The notes under the pieces: model-generated
Database searches by the model: none
What the model saw: only the letters and a program-made list of their open reading frames with translations
Told to the model about the DNA's origin: nothing
Shown: piece by piece, positions 46,074 through 56,353 of the stretch
Layout of the letters: each line of letters begins with the position of its first letter
Numbering within the stretch: the stretch's first letter is position 1
Origin: Candidatus Omnitrophota bacterium
Lineage (GTDB): Bacteria; Omnitrophota; Gorgyraeia; Gygaellales; UBA12090
Length of the DNA: 60,805 bases
Direction of reading: 5' to 3'
Assembly: GCA_030674475.1 (NCBI GenBank)
Contig: JAUSCZ010000037.1
Span: 1-60,805, forward strand
Position numbers and translations under genes: made by a program

Positions 46074-46910
46074 TTATGTCAAATATTCTATCAAATCGCT
46101 TAAAGTTTTTTTGAGATTTTTACGCGGGGTAATCATATCAATAAGGCCGTGCTCCAGGAGAAACTCTGAGCTTTGAAAACCTTTGGGCAGTCTTTGTCTT
46201 ATGGTTTGTTCAATAACCCGCGGCCCGGTAAAGCCTATCAGGGCTTTCGGCTCGGCAATGATTATATCGCCTAAACCGGCAAATGAGGCCATAATCCCGG
46301 CCATAGTGGGGTTAGTCAGCACTGATATATAAAGCAGGCCCGCTTTATGATGCAGGCCCAGGGCGTTTGAAGTTTTAGCCATCTGCATCAGGCTTAAGGC
46401 TCCTTCGTACATCCTGGCTCCTCCCCCTGAGCCGGAAACGATGACCATGGGGATTTTGGCGGCGGTGGCTGTTTCGATTGCCCGGGTAATTTTTTCTCCT
46501 ACCACTGAACCCATTGATCCCATAATAAAGCGGGAATCGGTAGCCGCGATTACCGCTTTTTTGTTCAGAATTTTACCTTCTCCGCATATTGCCGCTTCTC
46601 TTAAGCCGGTGGCCTCTTGATCGCTCTTTATTTTATCTAAGTAAGTCTTAGGGCCTTTGAAGTTTAAAGGGTCGGTTGAAGTCATATCCGCGTCGCTTTC
46701 CTGAAATGTCCCTTCGTCAATGAGCAGGCTTATTCTTTCCTTGGCGCTCAGCGTAAAGTGATAGCCGCATTTAGGGCAAACCCTGGAATTCTCCTCCAAC
46801 GTTTTATTGAAAATAGGATTTGAACATTCCTCGCATTTTGTCCAGACCCCCTCAGGGATTTCCTTCTTTCGGACCTTGACTATGGTGTATTTGGGCTTAA
46901 AAAGCGACAT
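46074..46910 (-). CDS. accD: Acetyl-CoA carboxylase carboxyltransferase beta subunit
   Basis: WTKC..C...CPKC, GSMGSVVGEK, GGARMYEG, GFTGPRVIEQTI. Confidence 0.96.
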   Translation of the reverse strand: MSLFKPKYTIVKVRKKEIPEGVWTKCEECSNPIFNKTLEENSRVCPKCGYHFTLSAKERISLLIDEGTFQESDADMTSTDPLNFKGPKTYLDKIKSDQEATGLREAAICGEGKILNKKAVIAATDSRFIMGSMGSVVGEKITRAIETATAAKIPMVIVSGSGGGARMYEGALSLMQMAKTSNALGLHHKAGLLYISVLTNPTMAGIMASFAGLGDIIIAEPKALIGFTGPRVIEQTIRQRLPKGFQSSEFLLEHGLIDMITPRKNLKKTLSDLIEYLT

Positions 46911-48234
46911 GGGAGGCGCCTTCCATATCTAATTTATTAATCACTAATCCTGAAAGCGGCTTAGGATAAAAGTAGGTAGATTTATGCGGCATTTTCTTGA
47001 GGCTTTCGGAAATAGCGCTTATTTGGCTCGGCTGGGGTGGATTCATAAAGAAAGCGGCTTGATATTTTTTTGAGTCTACCAGTTGTATCGCTGAATTTTC
47101 TTCTCTGGTGTAGAGGATTTGCTGATCCCTGCTGTTTTCTTCTTTAATTCCCAGGATTTTTTTAAAAATAAGGCTGTGCAGGATAACCACATCTAAATCT
47201 TTATACGAGCCGGCAGGATGTTTCACGTTTTTATCGGTTATTTTCTTTAGTTTGAGCAGATAAAAAATTTTATTACCTAAATATAAGCCAAAGAAATGTT
47301 CAGTAATTTTCGCGGATTTAAGCTTCTGAGATAGATCCGCGTAGTTTGTAAAATACTCAATTATAAAATGCTTAGCCAGGGCCTGCTTTAAGGAATAGAG
47401 TTTTACGTTAGGCAGGTTGTTGATCACCCGGTGAGTGGGCAGGACTTTCAAACCCCTGGATTCCAGGGCAGAGAAATACATCATTATATAAGCGCTGTTT
47501 AACCTGTGCAGCTTGTCTGCCTTTTGGGATTTTCCCACTTGCGCAGCCTTGCTGCTAAGTTTATTATAAAGGCAGGCCACCTCGTAGCGGTGATGTCCGT
47601 CAGCAATAAATATCTTCTTGCTCCCGGTTATTTTTTCAAGCTTGATGATGAAATCAGGATCAGTAATCATCCATAACCGGTTTCTTACCTGTTCAAGCTC
47701 AAAATCCAGCAGAGGTTTATTTCGGCATTTGTTTTTAATAAGGTTTTCTATCTTTGAATCGGAATCGGAATACAGCCCGAATATCGGGCTTAGGTTGGCC
47801 CGGGTTGACCTGAGAAGGGAGAGCCGGTCTTCCTTGGGCTTGCAGAATGTCTTTTCGTGAGGAAAAACCACTCCTTTTCCCGAGGGCTCGAGCTTAAGCA
47901 GGCCGATAAAGCCAAGCCGGGATATTTTTTCCCCCTCAAAATCAAACAATTGCTGGTAAATATATATCGCGGGCGATTTATCTTGTATAAATACGCCTTC
48001 TTTAATCCACTTATCCAGATAGGCCGCGGACCGGGTGTATTTGTTGTTTTGCTGATTGTCGCCTTTCTTTTCCTGTCCCAGGATTATCCGGATGAGGTTA
48101 CGCGTATGGGCGCGGTAGAATTGAGATTGCTGATATGTGGATATGACATCGTAGGGCGGGGTTACTACCAGGGAGATTTCTTTGATTTTTTCTAAATTAT
48201 AACGTAAGGCCGGGAATGCTTTTATGGTAGCCAT
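46897..48234 (-). CDS. DUF1015 family protein
   Basis: PPYDVIS, PHEKT, ANLSPIF, IADGHHRY, PTHR, MPHKSTYFYPK. Confidence 0.9.
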   Translation of the reverse strand: MATIKAFPALRYNLEKIKEISLVVTPPYDVISTYQQSQFYRAHTRNLIRIILGQEKKGDNQQNNKYTRSAAYLDKWIKEGVFIQDKSPAIYIYQQLFDFEGEKISRLGFIGLLKLEPSGKGVVFPHEKTFCKPKEDRLSLLRSTRANLSPIFGLYSDSDSKIENLIKNKCRNKPLLDFELEQVRNRLWMITDPDFIIKLEKITGSKKIFIADGHHRYEVACLYNKLSSKAAQVGKSQKADKLHRLNSAYIMMYFSALESRGLKVLPTHRVINNLPNVKLYSLKQALAKHFIIEYFTNYADLSQKLKSAKITEHFFGLYLGNKIFYLLKLKKITDKNVKHPAGSYKDLDVVILHSLIFKKILGIKEENSRDQQILYTREENSAIQLVDSKKYQAAFFMNPPQPSQISAISESLKKMPHKSTYFYPKPLSGLVINKLDMEGASHVAF

Positions 48235-48635
48235 TATTTTCCTGGGCCTTTCCTTATCAGAAAGGAAAGCCTGTCTTTTGGGATTAACAGACAAAAAGAG
48301 CCGAACGCCGAACCGTAAAGATCCACCAGCCAATCAGAAAAATCCGCTTTTCTTCCGATAATAAACCCCTGATGGAGCTCATCGCTGGCTCCGTAAGCTG
48401 CCGCTATCAAGAGAGCGATCAATTTTAAACCGGTGTGATTAAATTTAAAATATTCTTTTTTCAGGGCCCTGATTAAAAGCAATCCCAGCAGGGCATATTC
48501 AAAAAAATGGGTAATCTTATCGTTTAAGAGTAAAAAAGAAGGTACTTCCGGCTCAGACTGCGCGGAAAGGTGGTAGATGAGCCCCATATAGAGATACACC
48601 GGAAGCCAATACCAGGCAAATGTTTTCAGGCGCAC
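48234..48635 (-). CDS. VanZ family membrane protein
   Basis: DKITHFFEY, YGASDELHQ, DW.VD. Confidence 0.88.
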   Translation of the reverse strand: MRLKTFAWYWLPVYLYMGLIYHLSAQSEPEVPSFLLLNDKITHFFEYALLGLLLIRALKKEYFKFNHTGLKLIALLIAAAYGASDELHQGFIIGRKADFSDWLVDLYGSAFGSFCLLIPKDRLSFLIRKGPGK

Positions 48636-48638
48636 GAT

Positions 48639-48917
48639 TTATGAAGCTGACGGGCATCCCTGACAGGAAGGTTTGACATTCGCGCAAGGCGCCGCCGCCG
48701 GGGACTTTTCTGATTTTTCTTTTTCGCTGTAACCTGATTTGCGGTAGTCGGTGGCGTAGAACCCGGAGCCTTTAAAGATTATCCCCGCGCCGTTACCGAT
48801 AACCCGGCGCACGCCTTTAGCGCACTCGGGGCACTTGCGCAAAGGTTTATCCAGCATGCTCTGGGATTTCTCAAAACGATGACCGCAGGATTTACATTCG
48901 TATTCATAAGTTGGCAT
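48639..48917 (-). CDS. FmdB-family zinc ribbon protein
   Basis: MPTYEYECKSCG...CPEC...FKGSGFYATDY. Confidence 0.92.
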   Translation of the reverse strand: MPTYEYECKSCGHRFEKSQSMLDKPLRKCPECAKGVRRVIGNGAGIIFKGSGFYATDYRKSGYSEKEKSEKSPAAAPCANVKPSCQGCPSAS

Positions 48918-48921
48918 TTTT

Positions 48922-49040
48922 CCCTCACTTTGTTCGGGAGTAACCAGAGGCCAGTTGCCAGAGGCCAGATTTTTTCTGGTTACTGGTTTCCCCGGCCTGT
49001 TTCGCTTTACCGGGGCAGGCTGGTTACTGGCAACTAGTTT
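48922..49040. repeat. Inverted heptamer array (TAACCAG family) with nested hairpin
   Basis: TAACCAG AGGCCAG TTGCCAG units versus CTGGTTA CTGGCAA units. Confidence 0.7.
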
Positions 49041-49041
49041 C

Positions 49042-50202
49042 TCACCGAAATGTTTTTTTCAGTTTATCCACAAAACCTTCTTTTTCTATGTCTTCTCCTC
49101 GTAAGGCCGCGAATTGTTCGATAAGTTTTCTTTCCTGACTGTTTAGCTCGGCAGGAATTTCCACGTTGATTCTTACTAATTGGTCTCCCCTGGTGTAGCT
49201 GTGCACATCCGGCATGCCTTTTTCTTTAAGGCGAAATATTTTTCCTCCCTGGGTTCCGGCAGGTATTTTCATTTTAACCTTCCCGCTTAAAGTGGGTACC
49301 TCTACCTCGCCTCCCAGAATAGCCTTAACTAAGCTTATGCTGATTCCGCTTAAAATATCGTTGTTATGGCGTTCAAAATTATTGTCGGATTTAACATTAA
49401 TTAAAACATAGAGGTCGCCGTGTCCCTGGGTTCCGGCTTCTCCTTCGCCGCGCACCCTTAGGGATGAACCGGTATCTACGCCGGCTGGGATTTTTACTTC
49501 TATTTTGCGGGTAATCTTAGCCCTTCCCTCTCCATAACAGGAAGGACAGACCTGGCCTATAGTGTATCCTTCGCCGCGGCATTTAGGGCAGGTTTGCCTT
49601 ATCTGGAAGAAACCGCTGGACATAACCACCTGGCCCTGGCCTTTACACTGGACGCAGGTACTCTTTTTTGAACCCGGCTTTGCCCCTGAGCCTTGGCAGG
49701 TGGAACAGGGTTCATAACGGGGGACAGTTATTGGTTTCTCCGCTCCGGAATAGGCCTCTTCCAGGGTTATATCTATTTCAATCTGGAGATCTCTTCCCCG
49801 TTTACCCCGCTGTCTTTGCCGGCTTCCCGCGGAGCCGGATATATCAAAGCCTAAATCTCCGAAAATTTCCTCAAATATGCCGCCGCCAAAACCGGAATCT
49901 TTCATATTTCCAAAGATGCTTCCGAAGTCCGCGCCTTTAAAGATATCTTCGTAGGCATACTTTTGGTCAATCCCGGAATGGCCGTATTGGTCGTAAAGAG
50001 TTCTTTTTTGGGTATCGGAGAGCACCGCGTAGGCCTCGGAGATTTCCTTGAATTTCTCCTCAGCCTCTTTCTTTTTCTCCTGAGGCACCCGGTCTGGATG
50101 ATGCTGCATGGCCAGGTTGCGGTAGGCCTTCTTTATCTCATCCAGAGAAGAACTCTTATTTATACCCAGTATTTCGTAATAGTCGCGTTTAGTAGACATC
50201 AT
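49042..50202 (-). CDS. dnaJ: Chaperone DnaJ
   Basis: HPD J-domain, four CxxCxGxG repeats. Confidence 0.97.
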   Translation of the reverse strand: MMSTKRDYYEILGINKSSSLDEIKKAYRNLAMQHHPDRVPQEKKKEAEEKFKEISEAYAVLSDTQKRTLYDQYGHSGIDQKYAYEDIFKGADFGSIFGNMKDSGFGGGIFEEIFGDLGFDISGSAGSRQRQRGKRGRDLQIEIDITLEEAYSGAEKPITVPRYEPCSTCQGSGAKPGSKKSTCVQCKGQGQVVMSSGFFQIRQTCPKCRGEGYTIGQVCPSCYGEGRAKITRKIEVKIPAGVDTGSSLRVRGEGEAGTQGHGDLYVLINVKSDNNFERHNNDILSGISISLVKAILGGEVEVPTLSGKVKMKIPAGTQGGKIFRLKEKGMPDVHSYTRGDQLVRINVEIPAELNSQERKLIEQFAALRGEDIEKEGFVDKLKKTFR

Positions 50203-50204
50203 AA

Positions 50205-50299
50205 AAACTTAAAAGTAAAAAGGCAAAAGCAAAAACACAACTCAAAATTAAAAACTTTTGAATTTTAACTTGTAGTTTTGACTTTTTCCTTTTAACTTT
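50205..50299. repeat. A-rich/T-rich inverted heptamer array between dnaK and dnaJ
   Basis: TTAAAAG TAAAAAG GCAAAAG units versus TTTTGAA TTTTAAC TTTTGAC units. Confidence 0.6.
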
Positions 50300-52183
50300 T
50301 TACTTTCCTTCGTCTTCCGCCTTATACTCGGCGTCAATTATATCCTCTTCTTTATTCTTTTCTTTTGCCTGACCCTCTGACTTTTTATCTTCCGGACCTT
50401 GTTTTTTTTCTTCGGTTTTTTGCTGTTTGGCCGCGGACTGTTTATAAATCTCTTCAGCTAATTTATGCGAAACGGAATTCAGTTCTTCCGTTGCTTTCTT
50501 GGTCCGGGCGATATCCTTGCCCTTTAACGCCTCTTTCAACTCATCGATTTTCTTTTGAATATTTTCTTTATCTTCGCTGGACACCTTATCCCCGAATTCT
50601 TTTAAAGATTTCTCCGTGGAATAAACTAAGGTGTCCGCCTGATTTTTAATCTCTACCTCTTCTTTTTTCTTGGCGTCATCAGCGGCAAATTTATCCGCGT
50701 CTTTGACCATCTTTTCTATTTCTTCTTTAGAGAGTTTTTTAGGCGCGGTAATGCGGATAGATTGTTCTTTACCGGTGCCTAAGTCCTTTGCCGAGACATG
50801 CACAATTCCGTTGACATCAATATCAAAGGCTACCTCAATCTGAGGGATACCCCGCTGCGCCGCTGGCAGCCCGACTAAATCAAACCTGCCCAATTCCACA
50901 TTGTCATCAGCCATTTGCCGTTCACCCTGGAGCACGCGGATGGTAACCGCGGTTTGATTATCGGCGGCGGTAGAGAATACCTGGCTTTTTTTCGTGGGGA
51001 TAGTGGTATTCCTTTCAATAAGTTTAGTATTGACTCCGCCCAGGGTTTCAATGCCTAAAGACAGCGGCGTAACGTCTAAAAGCAGGACATCCTTCAAATC
51101 ACCCTTGATGATAGCTACCTGGATTGCCGCCCCTAAGGCCACGCATTCCATGGGATCAACCCCGCGTTCTATCTTTTTGCCTACATAGTCCTCAACATAT
51201 TTCTGGACAATCGGCATCCGGGTTGGTCCGCCGACCATAATTACCCGGTCAATATCCTTAGAGGTGAGTTTGGAATCGCTAAGGGCCTGTTCCATGGGAT
51301 GATGGCACCGGTCAATAATCGGCTGGATCAGTTCTTCTAATTTTGCCCGGGTGAAAGTCATAGTTAAATGTTTTGGCCCTGAGGCATCAGCGGTAATAAA
51401 GGGCAGATTGAGGTCAGTGCTTACGGTTGAGGAAAGCTCAATCTTGGCTTTTTCCCCGGCCTCGCGCACCCTTTGGGTGGCCATCTTATCATTCTTCAGG
51501 TCTATGCCGGTATCTTTCTTGAATTCCCGCGTGATATAATCTATGATGGCGTTATCCATATCGGTTCCGCCTAATTGGGTGTCTCCGGAGGTGGCCTTAA
51601 CCTCAAATACGCCCTGGGCCATTTCCATTATAGTAACATCCAGAGTGCCGCCACCCAAGTCAAAGACCATAATTTTTTGCTCTTTATGTGATTTTTCTAA
51701 GCCATACGCCAGGCAGGCGGCGGTAGGTTCGTTGATTACGCGCAGGACCTTTAAGCCGGCAATCTCGCCGGCATCCTTGGTGGCGGTTCTTTGGTTATCG
51801 TCAAAATAGGCCGGGCAGGTGATCACCGCCTCTTCCACCTTATCGCCCAGATAGGCCTCGGCATCCTGTTTTATCTTTTGTAAAATAAAGGCGGAAACCT
51901 GCTGGGGGGTATATTCTTTGCCTGGGACTTTAAATTTATAATCGGTTCCCATCTTGCGCTTGGCCGCCTGGATTGTTCCCTCGGCGTTTATCGCCGCCTG
52001 CCGGCGCGCCGGCTCTCCTACCAACCTTTGCCCGTCTTTAGTAAAAGCGACGTAAGAAGGAAAGGCCTTGCCTGAGGCTACCCCCGCTCCTTCAGCCGAA
52101 GGGATAATTACCGGCCGGCCTCCCTCCATAACTGCCGCCGCTGAATTAGATGTTCCTAAGTCTATACCGATTACTTTTGCCAT
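50300..52183 (-). CDS. dnaK: Chaperone DnaK (lacks the diderm-type insertion)
   Basis: [35 protein letters not shown]. Confidence 0.98.
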   Translation of the reverse strand: MAKVIGIDLGTSNSAAAVMEGGRPVIIPSAEGAGVASGKAFPSYVAFTKDGQRLVGEPARRQAAINAEGTIQAAKRKMGTDYKFKVPGKEYTPQQVSAFILQKIKQDAEAYLGDKVEEAVITCPAYFDDNQRTATKDAGEIAGLKVLRVINEPTAACLAYGLEKSHKEQKIMVFDLGGGTLDVTIMEMAQGVFEVKATSGDTQLGGTDMDNAIIDYITREFKKDTGIDLKNDKMATQRVREAGEKAKIELSSTVSTDLNLPFITADASGPKHLTMTFTRAKLEELIQPIIDRCHHPMEQALSDSKLTSKDIDRVIMVGGPTRMPIVQKYVEDYVGKKIERGVDPMECVALGAAIQVAIIKGDLKDVLLLDVTPLSLGIETLGGVNTKLIERNTTIPTKKSQVFSTAADNQTAVTIRVLQGERQMADDNVELGRFDLVGLPAAQRGIPQIEVAFDIDVNGIVHVSAKDLGTGKEQSIRITAPKKLSKEEIEKMVKDADKFAADDAKKKEEVEIKNQADTLVYSTEKSLKEFGDKVSSEDKENIQKKIDELKEALKGKDIARTKKATEELNSVSHKLAEEIYKQSAAKQQKTEEKKQGPEDKKSEGQAKEKNKEEDIIDAEYKAEDEGK

Positions 52184-52235
52184 TTTACTGCCTCCTTATG
52201 TGTAATTTTAAAGCCGCAAAGGTTCACAAAAAATG

Positions 52236-52832
52236 TTAATCTTTTTGCGGATTTTGCGGGGTTAATTCTTTTTGCGCTTTCGCGGTCGCGACTTTAACCT
52301 TAGCTGTTCTGAGCACTCTATCGTTTAAAAAATAACCTTTTTGCAGCTCCTCTACTACCGTATGTTCAGGCAGTTCTGAATCTACCTGCATCAGGGCCTC
52401 AGAGGTATGGGGATCAAAAGGCCTTCCCTCAACCTCAATGGGTTTTACTCCGTTTTTTTTCAGCATTTCATAGAGATGGGCCAGAATCATCTCGATTCCT
52501 TTTAAGAATGTCTCTAAATTCGCGGATTTATTCTCGGCGTTTTGGGTGGTTCTCTCTAAATCATCAAGGATGCCTAATAATTCTGAGATTATGCCTTCAT
52601 TGGCGTATTTTGTGAAATCCTGGCCTTGCTTTTCCATCCGCTTGCGGGCGTTGTCAAAATCCGCCTGCATACGCAGGAGCCTCTCTTGATGGTCCTGGCT
52701 TTTTAATACTTCTTCCTTAAGCCGGTTATACTCTTCTTCTTTAAGGGTTATTAGTTTTTCCTGAACCGCCTCCTGCTCTACCTGGGTCTCCGGTTTTTTT
52801 TCTTCTTTTTCTTTCTTGTGGTTAGTAGTCAT
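52236..52832 (-). CDS. grpE: Nucleotide exchange factor GrpE
   Basis: LRMQADFDNARKR, FDPH..EA, QKGY..NDRVLR.AKVKV. Confidence 0.96.
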   Translation of the reverse strand: MTTNHKKEKEEKKPETQVEQEAVQEKLITLKEEEYNRLKEEVLKSQDHQERLLRMQADFDNARKRMEKQGQDFTKYANEGIISELLGILDDLERTTQNAENKSANLETFLKGIEMILAHLYEMLKKNGVKPIEVEGRPFDPHTSEALMQVDSELPEHTVVEELQKGYFLNDRVLRTAKVKVATAKAQKELTPQNPQKD

Positions 52833-52835
52833 TTT

Positions 52836-53570
52836 TTATAAATTTTCTAAAGCCTTACTGATTAGCCCCGAAACATATTCAATGGTGGGAATCACCTGGC
52901 TGTAGTTCATGCTCCGCGGGCCCAGGACCGCGATTCTCCCCAAAGGTTTATTTTCCACATCATAGGTAGATACGATTAAAGAACATCCGGAGATTTCTTC
53001 GCACTCAAGCTCTCCTCCAATATAGACATTCAATTTTTTTTCTAAATTCCGGTTGAGGATGTCTAAGAGCCGCTTTTTTTCCTCCAAAACTTTTAAGACA
53101 TTGCGTATTTTTTCGATATTCCTGAATTCCGGATGTTCAGCTATAAAAGAGGCGCCATTATAGTATATCTTATTGCCTTTGTTTAAAAAAGAAACTATTC
53201 CCGCGCAGTGGGTAAAGCTGGAAAGCACCTCTGATGTTTTTTCTAAAATGTCCTCCAGCACCTTTATCTGCCGCTGGTATTGTCCGGTAAGACGTTTTTT
53301 TTCTTCTTCTAAAAGCCGCATCTGGGTCAAGAGCGTATCCACATAATAACGGTAGCCTTTATCCGTGGGCACGCGCCCGCCGGAGGTATGCATATGGGTA
53401 AGATATCCCAGATCTTCCAGCTCCGACATGGTGTTTCTGACTGTGGCTGAGGAGCAGTCAAAATGCGGGCAGATGTCTTCCGAACTGATGGCGTTCGAAG
53501 TTTTAATATGACTTTCAATTACCGCGGAAAGCATTTCCCGGTTTCTATTGTGACGGTCGCTTGAGCGCAT
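52836..53570 (-). CDS. hrcA: Heat-inducible repressor HrcA (short form)
   Basis: SSATVRNTMSELE..GYL...HTSGGRVPTDKGYRYYVD, GRIAVLGP..MNY. Confidence 0.92.
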   Translation of the reverse strand: MRSSDRHNRNREMLSAVIESHIKTSNAISSEDICPHFDCSSATVRNTMSELEDLGYLTHMHTSGGRVPTDKGYRYYVDTLLTQMRLLEEEKKRLTGQYQRQIKVLEDILEKTSEVLSSFTHCAGIVSFLNKGNKIYYNGASFIAEHPEFRNIEKIRNVLKVLEEKKRLLDILNRNLEKKLNVYIGGELECEEISGCSLIVSTYDVENKPLGRIAVLGPRSMNYSQVIPTIEYVSGLISKALENL

Positions 53571-53615
53571 TTATAAAGGTTGGTTTATAGGTAATCATTC
53601 TTAAGAAACTTAACG

Positions 53616-56243
53616 CTATATTTTAACAAAAATAATCTCGTTGTCAATGGTTTGGCTTGTTTCGGTCTTGGGCTTGGCTGTTTCCTCATCTATTTCCGGG
53701 AGATGTTTTATCCGGTGTATGATTTTGTTGGTGTCTATATTTTTTATTTCTTTAGCGGTTATTATTTTTATATTCTCCCCCTCCTTGATTTCACCGCCCA
53801 GGATTTTTAAAGATAGTGGGTTCTGAATGTATCTTTGGATAATCCTCTTTAATGGCCTGGCTCCGTATACAGGGTCAAATCCGATTTTAGAAAAGAACTC
53901 CTTGGCTTTATCGCTTAACTGGAGGCCTATTTTTTTCTCTTCTAATCTCTTCTGAAGCAAATTGAGCTGGATATCAATAATCTTTTTAATTTCGTTTATA
54001 GGTAAGCTTCTAAAAACGATTATTTCGTCAATCCGGTTGATAAATTCCGGCCTTAGCCTTTCTTTCAGTTCTTTTTTGTCGCGCAGGTTTGAGGTCATTA
54101 TGATCAGGGTATTTTTGAAATTAATTGTTCTTCCCTGGCCGTCAGTGGCGCGTCCGTCATCCAAAATCTGCAATAAGACATCCAGGACTTCGGGGTGGGC
54201 CTTTTCAATCTCATCAAAGAGCACCACTGAATAGGGTTTGCGCCTAACGGCTTCGGTAAGCTGTCCGCCTTCATCATAGCCGACATATCCGGGAGGCGCG
54301 CCCAGGAGCCTGGAGGTGGTATGCTTTTCCATATATTCGGACATATCAATCCGGATTAAGGATTGTTCGTCGTCAAACAAAAACCAGGCCAGGGATTTAG
54401 CTAATTCGGTTTTTCCCACTCCGGTGGGCCCCATAAAGATGAAAGACCCCAGGGGTTTATGCGGATCGCTCAACCCGGAGCGCGAGCGCAGGATGCAGTT
54501 AGAAATTGCCTCCACTGCTTCATCCTGGCCAATGACCCGGCTTTTAAGCCGTTCCTCGGTCTTGAGCAGTTTATCTTTTTCTCCTTCTAAGAGTTTGTTT
54601 AAAGGGACGCGCGTCCAGCGGGAAACCACTCCGGCAATATCCTCTTCATCCACCTCTTCCTTGAGCATTGATTTTGAGCTTTGTAGTTTTTGTAAGCCCA
54701 AGTTTTGGGCGTCTAATTTTTTCTGCAGGTCTAATAATTTTCCGTAACGGATTTCGGCTACCTTGTCTAGGTTACCGGCGCGCTCGTATTTTTTTTCTTG
54801 AGCCTTTAATTCTTCAGTATCGTTTTTAAGTTTGCGGATTTCCTGGATTATCTCTTTTTCTAATTTCCAGTGTCCGGATAGCTCTTTAGACTTTTCTTTT
54901 AAAGAAGCCAATTCCTTTTCTATTTTTTTAAGCCGTTCTAAGGAATTCTCGTCTTTTTCCTTTTTCAGGGCTTGTCTTTCAATCTCAATCTGCATTATTT
55001 TGCGCTCAATAACATCTAACTCCTGGGGCTTGCTGTCAATTTCAATTCTTAGGCCCGAGGCCGCCTCATCAATCAAATCAATGGCCTTGTCCGGCAGGAA
55101 TCTATCGCTGATGTAGCGGCTGGAGAGGGTGGCCGCGGCAATAATCGCTGAGTCTTTGATGCGCACCCCGTGATAGGTCTCGTAACGTTCTTTTAAGCCG
55201 CGCAGGATGGCAATGGTATTCTCAACCGTGGGTTCGCCCACCATAATCGGCTGAAATCTGCGCTCTAAGGCCGCGTCCTTTTCAATATATTTGCGGTATT
55301 CATCCAAAGTAGTCGCGCCGATACAACGCAGTTCTCCCCGGGCCAGGGCCGGCTTAAGCATATTCGCGGCATCCACCGCTCCTTCACTGGAACCGGCGCC
55401 AACCACGGTATGCAATTCATCAATAAAAAGGATAATTTCACCTGTCCGGGAATGAATCTCTTTTAACACCGCCTTAAGCCTGTCTTCAAATTCACCCCGG
55501 AATTTTGCCCCGGCGATTAAAGCCCCTAAATCTAAGGAGAGGACTTGTTTTTCTTTCAGGCCTTCCGGGATATCCTGATTGATTATCCTCTGGGCTAATC
55601 CTTCCACGATCGCGGTCTTGCCGACCCCGGGTTCGCCGATTAAAACCGGATTATTTTTGGTCCGCCGGGATAAAACCTGAATCAGCCGTCGGATTTCTTC
55701 ATCCCGGCCGATGACCGGGTCTAATTTTCCTTTCTGGGCTAAATCAGTGAGATTGCGGCTGTATTTCTCCAGGGCCTTGTATTTTGCCTCAGGGTCGGCA
55801 TCACTAACCCGCTGATTACCCCTGATCTTAGCCAGTTCCGCTAAGAATTTATCCCGGTTGAGGTTATATTTGGCCAACAGGGTATCCTTGTGGTCAAGGA
55901 CAGCCAACAACAGGTGTTCCCAGGAAACGTATTCATCACCCATTTGCTGGGCTTCTTTCTCGGCACTTTGTAAGGCGTTATTCAATCGGGAAGAAAGATG
56001 GGCTTCGTTTGAGGAAGAATACACCTTGGGTCGTCCGCTTAGGTCATCCCGGAGTTGTTTTCCTAAAGAAGCGGTATTGACACCCAGGGCGGATAAAAGT
56101 TCGGCAGTCAGACCACCCTCTTGCTTAAGCAGGGTGGATAAGAGATGTTCGATATCCACCTGTTGATGGTTTAATTCCCGGGCCGACTCCAGGGCCGCGT
56201 GCAGGGCCTCTTGTAATTTTAAAGTATATTTTTCCAAACGCAT
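53616..56243 (-). CDS. clpB: Disaggregase ClpB
   Basis: Two AAA+ modules ([16 protein letters not shown]) with a coiled-coil M domain. Confidence 0.96.
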   Translation of the reverse strand: MRLEKYTLKLQEALHAALESARELNHQQVDIEHLLSTLLKQEGGLTAELLSALGVNTASLGKQLRDDLSGRPKVYSSSNEAHLSSRLNNALQSAEKEAQQMGDEYVSWEHLLLAVLDHKDTLLAKYNLNRDKFLAELAKIRGNQRVSDADPEAKYKALEKYSRNLTDLAQKGKLDPVIGRDEEIRRLIQVLSRRTKNNPVLIGEPGVGKTAIVEGLAQRIINQDIPEGLKEKQVLSLDLGALIAGAKFRGEFEDRLKAVLKEIHSRTGEIILFIDELHTVVGAGSSEGAVDAANMLKPALARGELRCIGATTLDEYRKYIEKDAALERRFQPIMVGEPTVENTIAILRGLKERYETYHGVRIKDSAIIAAATLSSRYISDRFLPDKAIDLIDEAASGLRIEIDSKPQELDVIERKIMQIEIERQALKKEKDENSLERLKKIEKELASLKEKSKELSGHWKLEKEIIQEIRKLKNDTEELKAQEKKYERAGNLDKVAEIRYGKLLDLQKKLDAQNLGLQKLQSSKSMLKEEVDEEDIAGVVSRWTRVPLNKLLEGEKDKLLKTEERLKSRVIGQDEAVEAISNCILRSRSGLSDPHKPLGSFIFMGPTGVGKTELAKSLAWFLFDDEQSLIRIDMSEYMEKHTTSRLLGAPPGYVGYDEGGQLTEAVRRKPYSVVLFDEIEKAHPEVLDVLLQILDDGRATDGQGRTINFKNTLIIMTSNLRDKKELKERLRPEFINRIDEIIVFRSLPINEIKKIIDIQLNLLQKRLEEKKIGLQLSDKAKEFFSKIGFDPVYGARPLKRIIQRYIQNPLSLKILGGEIKEGENIKIITAKEIKNIDTNKIIHRIKHLPEIDEETAKPKTETSQTIDNEIIFVKI

Positions 56244-56298
56244 ATTATTGCCCGTTATTCTCTCTGCTTCTTTACTCTTTGTTCTTAATTTACTTATT

Positions 56299-56325
56299 TT
56301 AGCACTCTTTTGGTGAGAGTGCTAA
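56299..56325. promoter_or_regulatory. CIRCE operator (HrcA site)
   Basis: Perfect TTAGCACTC-N9-GAGTGCTAA upstream of clpB-hrcA-grpE-dnaK-dnaJ. Confidence 0.97.
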
Positions 56326-56353
56326 TAAAAATATAAAAAAGTATGGAAATATT

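Noticed and set aside
12619-49528. KOPS (GGGNAGGG) polarity toward dif
   Set aside because: A few correctly oriented copies (12619, 45441, 49521) but also an opposite one (42268). Too few to support without a full count.
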